DNA of 64,000 nucleotides from Mytilus trossulus (Eukaryota): NCBI RefSeq assembly GCF_036588685.1, contig NC_086386.1, positions 32,798,001 to 32,862,000 of the forward strand, read 5' to 3'. Shown piece by piece: positions 50,979 to 61,700 of this stretch (position 1 is its first letter; each line of letters starts with the position of its first letter). The notes under the pieces were generated by a model. It saw only the letters and a program-made list of their open reading frames with translations, ran no database searches and was not told where the DNA came from. The position numbers and the translations under genes were made by a program.

Positions 50979-53078
50979 ATAGGAAGAAAAAAAAAAAAAA
51001 ATGTGTGGCGCTAATACGCTTCCGTAGTCTCATACGTTATTTCGTTAGACGAATATATCGTTCAAAAAGGACTCACAAACAGTTTTAAAGGCAAGGCAAA
51101 TGCGAAGAAGAATAGCATTGACAACGGAAAAAAATTCGACTATTTGTGTCAAATACAATTTAGGCAAACTTTGGTTAGAGGTAGTGCTTTCTTTATATTT
51201 TTTATTCACGATTTATTTTTTGTAAACAGAAAAATGGTGCCTTCAAGGCTAATGTTAGCCTTTGGAATGAAAATCTATCAGTAGTGGTATAAACCCTGTG
51301 GCTATAATCAATAAAGGCAACAGTAGTTTACCGATGTTCAAAAGCCATTGATTTAGAGAAAACTAATCCAGGTTATCAACTAATACCGAAGGAAACACAT
51401 CATCTACAAGAGGAAAACAACGGAACAACAGGAACACTGAAGTGCAACAAAAACCCAACGCAATCATAAACCACTTGATAACAACTGACAGATTTACGAC
51501 TTGGTACACGAGTCTTTAAGAAAAAAAAGATAAACTCATCAAATATGCCAGGCTTTTCCTTTGTTTTGCCACGCACAAGTTCCTGATACACCTTTAACAC
51601 CAGTTGCGATCGAGTTAGAAATATGACACGACATTAAGTATTATACACATAAAAAAACACAGATAAAATTATGCAAAAATACTACTAAAAAGTAAAATAC
51701 CTAAAAAAAGGGGGAAATCCAAATTATTCAAAAAGTCCCTTAACTAATGTTAAAATTAAAAGATCAAACGCTTACGAAGAAAACAACTGCAATATAAAAG
51801 GCAACAGTAGTAAAAACCGCGAAAGTCCTATATCGATTGAGAGAAAAACATATCCGGGTTACAAACTAGAACCGAGGAAACACATCAACTGTCAAAGAAA
51901 AACAACGAATCAACAGAAGCACTGAAAACCAAACCAAACGACAATGTTACACGGTACACGAAAACGAACTATTAGATAACAACTGCCATTTTCCTGCCTA
52001 GGATCATGACATTTTAAGAAAAAACATTTTTTCTTTTTATTGCCTATGGCATGTTTCCAATTAAGTTTTCCCTTTAACTTTAAGAACGAGCACTATCGTC
52101 AAGGCATTGAGTTTTTTCATTCATTAAATCGCAAACAAAACTGTACAACAAAAGAGTTGATTTCAGGTTTCCAATTGTAAACTTCACATTTTAAAGTAGA
52201 TACATTCCATCAGCGTCTGCGCATTGAGTACATACCTACCAGATTAAACGATATTCCCGCTCTTTCATGTCATAATTGCATTGATACATGTTTTCTGCTC
52301 GCAAAAAAGGTATTAAACCGAAAATTCCAGGTAAATAAGTAGGACTCACCCTTCAGGAATAGATTACCATAGCAGTATTGGGAACAACTTTTTAGAAAGA
52401 TTGGTCCTCAATGCTCTTCAACTTTATACTTGTTTGGCTATATAATATCTGCACGACTAGGGCCTCTCGTGTGAACTATCTAGTCTGAGAAATAATATTA
52501 TAATATATATATATATATATATATATGTTTTACTTCAAACTACTTGAACTTTTTGACCTGAAGAAATTAAAAAATCTCAATCAGATTTTAACTATGAACT
52601 GTGCCCGAAAATCATTAAGTATATATATTGTTTTTTCAAAATGTTTAGAAAATGATTTAAATTAAGGAGTTTAGTTATTAATCATCTCTGTATATTTTGA
52701 AAAATATTTAGAAAAAAAAATGAAAAAAATAATACTATAGGAGGAAAATGAATAATGCGCTCGTCAATAAATAGTTTTAGAATAACATACAGAACAAAAA
52801 TCACCAAAAACAAAACTATGATAACAATAAAAAATATGAACCTTTCAAATTATCTAGTGTAAAATGAAATACGTCACTTTGTTTTATTGTCAACATATAA
52901 CAATAGCATTACTATGTACCCGATAGTTTGTTTTATTGCACTGTATGGTATATCATGCATGAATTATTATTTGAAACGACTTAATATTCAATAACATTTA
53001 AAATATGATAGACGCATACGTTTAAACTTTGTGTCGGTATACATGGGAATATTCTTATAAAAAGTACATAAATTGAAG

Positions 53079-56000
53079 ATGTATTTTCTGTACCTGTTGA
53101 TAGGTGAGTGATTTTTCATCCTGTTTGACTAAAAATCTTAATCATTTGATCTTCATCAAAGCTTGAATAAAAGGCAAAATTTTCATATTTTGAATTGTAG
53201 CGTCTTCCTGTTAATGCATATTTTTATGTCTTTAATTTCATCTTCCCTTTTTTTTACTTTTTGATCATTATTATCTAAAAAAATGTTGACATTCTTATTA
53301 TTTAGAACCGTTTTTCTTTATTTTATCATAGCCGTTATCGTCAATTTTTCTTTAAAGAATATTTGTCACAATTTCTTTGTGTACGACATTGTAACATTCA
53401 AACCAATAACACGACAATAAACAAGGATATACGAAACAGTAAAAATAAATACGATTTATGGAGTTATTGTTGATTACTAAACTTTTAACGTTAAAAGATA
53501 CAGAAACACACATTGAGAGCTGACATCCCAAAACTGTGGATAATTATTATTCTTTCTTCCCAAAAGATGTTTTGGTGTTCTTTTTACACAAGAAGGCAAC
53601 CCTTTGAGACGGAATCTCAAACAATGAAAAAAAATGGATGTGGTGTATTATAAAACCTCATAACAGTGTGTTTTGACAAAATTAGTGATATCAGGAACTA
53701 TGTGCCCGACAATGCAATATATCGAAATGCTTATAAACTATCATATGAATTAACATATGTATTCAGTAATACAATCACTTGGTCTACAACTGCAGACAAT
53801 ATCTTAAAAAATATATTCAAAGCATCGTTATTCAACTAGACGTATGTTTTAGTACTTAATATTGACAAAAATTGTACAGTGAAGAGATATTCTCAGTATA
53901 CATGCACCTAAAAATCATATGGTAAAAGCTATTCTTGTCCTCTTGAAGTAATTGTACAAATTCCATACTTCAAATAATTACAAATAAATTTGATACATGT
54001 ACCTGAAGATCAAATGATTATAACCGTTAAAATAAATAGTATTCTTGTATCCAATATACAAAAGTGCTGTGAAATTTTCTACGTATTCAATCTCTGAAGC
54101 TTCAGTGGTTACCGTTGGTTTATGTTTGTCATATTTGTTTTTCGTAAATTGTATTGTTGTGCTGGTTTTCTCGTTATAATTGATACTCATTTTTCATTCC
54201 GGGGCCTTTTATAAGCGGCTATACGGTACGGGATTTTCTTGACTTGAATATGCATACTTCTATATCGTTTGGTCTCTGGTGATAGGTGGTCAACATATAA
54301 CAAAAGCAAATCAGAGGTTGACATATGGCACATGTATTTTTTTTTATAGTTAATTGGAAGGCAGATCTCTGGAATTTTTCGTGAACTGCATACCGAATAA
54401 TTTAGTCTCGAAGCAATCTAAACCTTAAAATAATGTTGATGATATCATTGTATGGAAATCTGTAGTTGTTGTGGTACAAACATTATTTTCTTGTACTTCG
54501 AGACAATTTTATAATTTTAATTCACATACAATAAATTAGAAAAAAACTAATGAGTTTTAGCTCTTGCTTCGAATCATCTTTATCATGAACCTTAAACCCC
54601 AAGGAGTTAACCAAATTTACTAGACATTTTATCACACGAGACTTTAAAAATATCTATTGCTTTTTAAAATTATGTATTTGAATTAAACATACGTAGACCA
54701 CAAATCCAATACAAAAGGTTATCAAACTTGTTAAAAAGATTGTTTTGCTAATATATATATTTATGCTAAACAACTTTACTTTCAAATATCGATGATTTAA
54801 ACGGTTTAATAATCTATTAGAAAGAAAAGGTTAAACACGGGTTATTACAATAGAGGAAAACGGGCACAGTCAACAATGTGTTTTGTTAAGACGTTGAAGT
54901 ACCTTAAAAAGTGTCATTTAACTCTTTTGTTAACTTAGTGCAGTTATAGTTCCCCGAAGTGGCAATCAATAAGTGAATAAACTTATAGTCTGAAGTATAT
55001 GTAAATTAAAACGTTTACTTACATAAATATTTGTACAATTTATAAAAACATAATATTTATTTGTATGAGCTATAGAAACAGGAACATGAGGAAGTGGAGT
55101 GAGAGTCGCATATTGAGCTTTTCTCATAATTTGCACCCAGTACAATCAAAATAATATTCGTATTCAGTGGTCAATGTTCGGTACTTACATGATATACAAC
55201 AAAATTTTCTTGATCTGATGAAAAAAGGTCAATAAAAGAAATTATTAGGAAATTAAGGTTCCAACTCCTCAGGCAAAGTTGAAGGTATATAAAATATCTT
55301 GATCACATCATTTTGCTAATGGACTTGATTTTAGAGTTCATTATGATAACTAAAATCTACTTTATTTACAACTATAATATTAGATGTTTAACATTTATCA
55401 CTTCGCTGGATTTAATTGCAAAACACCAGCAGGATATAACATTACACGCTTTCTACCTGGATAATATACATGTACTGCATATCAATTAAAACATTTTATC
55501 AATTTGTCCCTAATATTTTATTAACTGTGCATTTGCATTCAGATATCGCAGATCATTCGTTTATAGTGTATAACTATACGTTTTTTGATTGAGTTAAGTC
55601 TGCCAATTGATATATTATCGTGTGTTTTTCTATGTTGTGATGTTATACTATTGTTTCAGAAAAAGGGAGAAGGTTTGGATCCATAAAAACGTTTAATCCC
55701 GCTGCAAATGTTTGCACCTGTCCTAAGTCAGGAATCTGATGTACAGTAGTTGTCGTTTTTTATGTAATTTATACGTGTTTCTCTTTTTTTTTTATATAGA
55801 TTAGACCGTTGGTTTTCCCGTTTGAATGGTTTTACACTAGTAATTTTGGGGCCCTTTATAACTTGTTGTTCGGTGTGGGCCAAGGCTCCGTGTTGAAGGC
55901 CGTATATTGACCTATAATGGTTTACTTGTTTAAAATTGTTATTTGGATGGTGTGTTGTCTCATTGGCACTCACCCCACATCTTCCTATATCTATTTTAAA

Positions 56001-59000
56001 CATTATTGTACATTTGGTTCATTAAAGAGTGTAAAAAGGGGGGTTTCGACATTAATGGCAAATGATTGATAGCCTTAGTTCAATAAGAACACATTTTCTA
56101 GACAAGGAACGATTTCAATCATGACAGTTCAGATACTTGTCTTTTGTTGGATCATTCTGTAACTTGAATTACAAGCCATTACCGTCTCCGATTCTCTTTG
56201 CCTTTCGTTATGTGGTGATATAGGTAGTGAGTGTAATATAACGTCTGGATTATATGGGTTTGTCATTATATTGTATTGACAGCTAGGTGTTTTTGTTGTT
56301 GTTTGGTTGTTGTCTTTAAATGAACCTTCGGTAAGTTAAAGTTAATGTGGTTAATCGAACCCCATAAGCAAGGAAAAGACATAAGTAGTAGGAAGTTAAA
56401 AGTTGGTTCCCTTCCACTTTTAGTGTATAGATAACACTGCGAAATTCTTATATAATTATTTCAAAGTTTAAAAAGAAAAGCGCACATTGTTAAGTCGAAT
56501 TGAGTAAGCGATAAGGCGGTAAATGTTTCTTTGTATTTTATACTCAGTGGAATTCAGTGAGCTTTAAAATTATTTTTGGTCAGTCGGCTGTTGAACTGTT
56601 TCTACTTCCAAAGAATAGAATTGTGAAAAAAATCAAAAAATCCAATAAATATTTAATATTTCGAAATAATACATCTCTAAAAGTAGCCTGGACCCCCATT
56701 TATTACTTTTCCACTTATGCTTTCACCGTGAACAGCTGTTTTAACCACGGAAACATTTAACCATGTTACCACTTTTCGGGCTCATAGTCTTTTTAAAAAG
56801 CCAGAACCTGTATAATTGATAAAAGTTTCGAAATAAAGAAAATAATAATTAATATTGTAGTTGCAGCAATGGTCAATGGTCTACCTACCAATGAAGAGAT
56901 CGATGAACGCCTTAAATTTGTCCAGGAGCAGGCAAATCCGCCAGTAAAGAATATTTTGGAGAGTATACTTATTGATCGAATGGAAAACTGGAGGTAGGAT
57001 TCTTCCATTTTATAAGGAGAAACACAATTTAAATCTTGATTCTGTTTTGTATGCACCTAAACATATCCCGTATAATATCAAGACTGGGACATTTGCTTGT
57101 TTATAACACTTGTTGGCTCTAAGTCAGAACAACGAGTCCAGGTTGGGAAATGTATCTTCATTTGACCTTGAGAAGTATGGCATTTAAAGTCCTCTTAGCT
57201 TATAAGACTTAAAAAGCAAAGTTAACTACAACATAATGCTCTTGTCTAAATACATTTTCTCTTTTGAATTATTTATACTATTTTCGTTTCGGGTCCTTTT
57301 ATGTCTTACAATGAAGTACGAGTTTTGTTAAGCGTCGAAGTCCAATGTAACCTATGATAGACCTTCACTTCTATGGCATTAGGTATCTGGAAGAGAGGTG
57401 TCTCCATGTAATTTTTATATTTGCCACTGGACAATGAACACCAATCAATTCATTCATATTGATTTTCAATGTTGTTATAGTTTATCGAATCATATAATTG
57501 TACTTCAAAGACGGGTTGCAACTTCGTAAAGCTCAGTTTCTATCTATACATACAATTGAGAATGGAAATTGGAATGTGTCAAAGAGACAACAACCCAACC
57601 ATAGAACAGACAACAGAAAAAGGTCACCAATAGGTCTTCAATGCAGTGAGAAATTCCCGCACCGGAGGACTCCTTCAGCTGGCCCCTATCTTTGGTTTTG
57701 CTTTTATTTTTCATCGTATGATTTTCATGCTTACAGAATTTGAAATTGGTTTTGGTTTTTCTAAACTTAATCCGGAGCTTACCTTTATTGGAACGAAGGA
57801 TATTCCCGGGTATTATCCAATACTTTGTATTCTTGGTAATAAAGGTTTATGATCAAAGTTTCATGGGCATAAATACACAGATGAAATAAGTAAAATGGAT
57901 GTTTACAGTGTGTTTATGCATGACTTATATTTATAGAAAATAAGGAAATGTGGTATGTTTGCCCATGTGACAAATATCCATCAGAACCAAAAAAAAAAAA
58001 AAAAAAAGATGTGAAAAGTTACAAGTTACTGTACGACTTTTAATAATCATAAATCCCACATACAGTTCAAGGGTTACATGTATGTTGCCATTTTTGTACG
58101 AACTTTTCAAACTTCCACTGTATTAAAACTACAGATATAATGAATAATAGAGATACACCATTTTGTACATATTCCAAGGGGAAACTTGATGCAAAACATT
58201 ATCTTTTACTGTTTCATTGCATTTAATAGAAAAAGAGGACTTTGTGGCAAATAAATCAAGATTTTTATCCTTGTACTCTCATATTTGGCAATTTGATGAC
58301 TGATAGTTATAGGAATATTGCACGCAGTGTTAGCATTGATTTCCTTAAAATAAATTCATAAATGTAGTTATTGGTTAAAACAAATATAAATATGGCCAAA
58401 ATCAAGCACACCTTTTAAGGTGCGCTCGACTTTAGTGAATCAGCACGAGGTGTTTTGGAATTTACAGGTTACATAGAACTTTTTGTAAAAAATAAACACT
58501 AGCAAATCATAGAAAAGCAAGTAAGTAATCTATGTTTCAAATTTCAAAACAAAAATCTCTGTATTAAAGGCTGTGGATTTTCTACAAAAATCTTGATTTA
58601 TTTGCCACAAAGTCCTCTTTTTCTATCAAATGCAATGAAACAGTAAAAAATAATGCTTTGCATCAAGTTTCCCCTTATAAAAAGCCCCGGGTTAACAAAA
58701 CGTCAAATAATTTAAAGAGAAAAACAACGAAATATCTCCTAACGACGCTACGTGCCATAGTTTGGTTCAGGCACACAGAGAATATGATGGGGCTAAACAT
58801 TAAAATCGCTGAACCCTCGGTCTTTTTGGGAGTACCTGCGGAACCGTGATATGTTTTGGCTATTAGCGGACCTAAGAGCTACAAACGGTTCCTCAGATAA
58901 CCTGTGCGAGTGATGAAACAAAAAAACTTGACGCTACAGATCAGTATTATGCACTACAAATCAAATACCTGACAATGAACCAATCTAAGTGTACTTGCAA

Positions 59001-59415
59001 TAACTAAAGGCCAATGATAAGACTAATATATCATTATGTAAACCTACAAGGAAAGTCTTTATTGAATCCATACAGTGTCACAGAAAATATGTTCAGTATA
59101 AAGTTAAATCACAATATAAAAATTAGCGCCGAGAAAATTCAAAACGTAAAGTCCCTAATCAAATGGAAAAATTAAAAAAACCCACATCAAACGAATGGAT
59201 AACAACTGTCAGTATGACTCACTACGAACGTTATAGGAGTATATCGGCGATGTTGTAAGACTATACCTTTTATATTATTTATAATATTTTTTTGCAGTGG
59301 AGAGGAAGAGTGTTCCGGATTTGGTATTCCTTGTTTAATGGATTCACAGTGTTGCAGTCAAAATTGTGAAAACACGCATCGTGAATTTTTCTACTGTATG
59401 GCACCTAAAGAATGA
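53079..59415 (+). CDS. Secreted cysteine-rich pre-pro-peptide with C-C-CC-C-C (knottin/conotoxin-like, CRP-I-like) framework, 91 aa; exons 53079-53103, 56861-56993, 59298-59415
   Basis: Spliced: MYFLYLLIVAAMVNG|LPTNEEIDERLKFVQEQANPPVKNILESILIDRMENWSGEEECSGFGIPCLMDSQCCSQNCENTHREFFYCMAPKE*. Donors G/GTGAGT and AG/GTAGGA, acceptors TTGTAG and TTTTGCAG, phases 1 and 2 consistent. AATAAA at about 59548. Absent from the ORF track. Exon 1 assignment and the exact acceptor (56861 vs 56867) are less certain. Confidence 0.75.
58176..58676. mobile_element. MITE with ~90-bp terminal inverted repeats, in intron 2 of the knottin-like gene
   Basis: AAGGGGAAACTTGATGCAAA...GCAAATAAATCAAGATTTTT (58176-58266) is the inverse of 58586-58676. 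The TSD is not cleanly preserved. Confidence 0.8.
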
Positions 59416-61656
59416 GTTTTCTTAAACAGACGTCGATTTAGTTCCAAGTTCAATATTATATAGACGTGTTTATTTATACTTTGTCTAAGAAATTGTATAC
59501 GTGCATATTATCTATCTACTGATTTGGACATCACTCTCCCATATATAAATAAAAACACCTAATACAATCTTTTAGTTTCATATTTTTTTACTTCCGTACT
59601 TTAAATGCATTTAAGATGGAAAAATATAAAGCTTATACACTGTTTAATAAAAAAAAATCTATTTGACCCAAATTGTCATCCTGCCTATTTTTTGGCCAAG
59701 ATGCTCATCCTGCATTTTTTTTTACTCAAAACTCCTGTCCTGCATATTTTTTTCAAATTTCATCCTAGCCCCCCCCCATAAAAATCAAATGGTAGCTCCC
59801 TAAAGTAAATGTTCTAACCCTAAACATTGGGCGACTTGATAACTTGAGTGATGTACAATGTAATACATATAAGATCGAAAAAATTGAGAAAGGAAAATTA
59901 ATGGGGAATATGTCAAAGAGACAACAACCCGATCATAGAGCAGACAACAGCCGAAGGCCAACAATGGGTCTTAGCTAAACCAATCCTCTAGATAACATAG
60001 TTTCTATCACATATTTATACTTTTTATGCCCCACCTACGATAGTATAGGGGCATTATATTCTTTGGTCTGTGTGTCCGTTCGTCTGTCTGTCTGTTCGTT
60101 CGTTCGTTCGTTTTTTCCGTCAATATGTCCCGCTTCAGATTAAAGTTTTGGTCAAGGTAGTTTATGATGAAGTTGATGTCCTATCAACTTGAAACTTAGT
60201 TAACATATTCCCTATGGTATGATCTTTCTAGTTTTATATTATATTTTTTACCCAAGTTTCACGGTCCATTGAACATGGAAAGTGACAATGCGAGTGGGGC
60301 ATCCGTGTACATTCTTGTTTGCATTCTTAATATTTAAATGTAAGTTGTATTTTAGGATTGAGGAAGAACCAGGATGCAGCCACATTCATTTCTGACAAAG
60401 TGACAACAAAGAATGGAAGTTTTAACGACCTTGACTGGCTATACAACCCTTGCTCGGTGGTATTTAATATGAATTTGAACGTCTTTAATGACTAAATCAG
60501 TTCAAATCTTTCACTTAAACTAATTGAATGTTCTTACGTAGACACTTTCATGTTTAAAAAGTGTCCAAAGCCTTTCATCAGATGGACCTGAATTTTAAGG
60601 CCAAAATCGGTCCTTACTCTATTCAAATCTGTATAAATCTTTATGTACAACTTTCAGTGACAAATATATATTTCAAACACATTCAGGATGATTAAAAATA
60701 AATAAACATTCATATATGTACATGCTGCATAATGGATTGGGGCGAATGTCTGAATTTTTAATCTTTCTGACATAAATGAGATCATGTTGGATAATGCATG
60801 GCAGAAACGTTGCCTTAAACAGGATTCATGACACATCCGCAATAGGGAGAAGGGTTGTGTCAATGATTATTTTATGTGCGCATCGAGTGACACTGTACCT
60901 AGACTAGGTTTGCGATTCAAAGTTCCCATTCAGAAAGAATGTGGATGTGTACTTATACATCAAGCACTGCCCAAAAAACGCCTTCTTGGGTGTAACTGTC
61001 TGATGTGAGAAGTAATTTTTTTAAGGAACGACCACATTTAAATACATAAGTAAACACTTCGGGTCTATATTTGTATGTAGAACTATTTCATCTCCTTTCT
61101 GTGATTACTCAATTTGATTTTCACGTAAAAAAAGAAAAAAAACACATTAAACAAGGACGAGTTTGAACCTAGTGCAATTTTTGTTGTCTTGTTCCTGTCT
61201 CGTTGTAGTTTATCAACAAATTTGTATATTTAAACGAATTAGAAATTGTCTAACTGTAATGCCAAATTAGGTTTTTTGTCTCCAAATTTCAAGGTCCACT
61301 GAAAATAGAAAAAGATAGTGCGATTGGGGTATCCTTGTACTCTGGACACTTTCTTGTTTATTATGTCAATTTTCAGTATAATGGGAATTTTCGGGGACTA
61401 CAGGAATACGCACATCACCTTAGCTATATCATACTCCTGCAATTTGAAACTTTAAGCATGCTTTAATGATAATGATAAAAAATAAACTTATTTATATTAC
61501 TGGCCAACATATTAATCGATCATTATCATGTTCATAGCGGACTAATTGATGAAGTTGCTATAAACTCAAGATCTTTATTTTATTTATCAAACGTTTGGAA
61601 AGGTTGTAAAAAAACTCATCATATATACCAGGATTAAAATTTTAAATATAAAGTTA

Positions 61657-61700
61657 ACGCCAGACGCGCGTTTCGTCTTTAAAAGACTCATCAGTGACGC
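61657..61700 (-). ncRNA. Minimal type I hammerhead ribozyme, intact, in a ~350-bp dispersed repeat (about 61605-61990)
   Basis: Reverse strand: GCGUCA CUGAUGA GUCU-UUUAA-AGAC GAAAC GCGC GUC^UGGCGU. Full core, GUC triplet, palindromic GCGC loop III. Confidence 0.82.

Larger units (their letters stand above)
49389..51026. mobile_element. Non-autonomous foldback DNA transposon, IS3EU-like, 1638 bp
   Basis: Termini TACGGAAGCGTATTAGCGCCACACATTTT / AAAATGTGTGGCGCTAATACGCTTCCGTA. 6-bp TSD GTCTCA (49383-49388, 51027-51032). Inverted subterminal arrays of a 20-bp unit. TAY..RTA ends with a 6-bp TSD fit IS3EU; an 8-bp TSD reading (AGTCTCAT) is also possible. Confidence 0.85.

Noticed and set aside
50740-50982. 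80-aa repetitive ORF (RYNAKVCVI...)
   Set aside because: Translation artefact of the 20-bp tandem array.
60654-61010. Relatively GC-richer stretch that might be coding
   Set aside because: No convincing reading frame, splice pair or motif found by eye.
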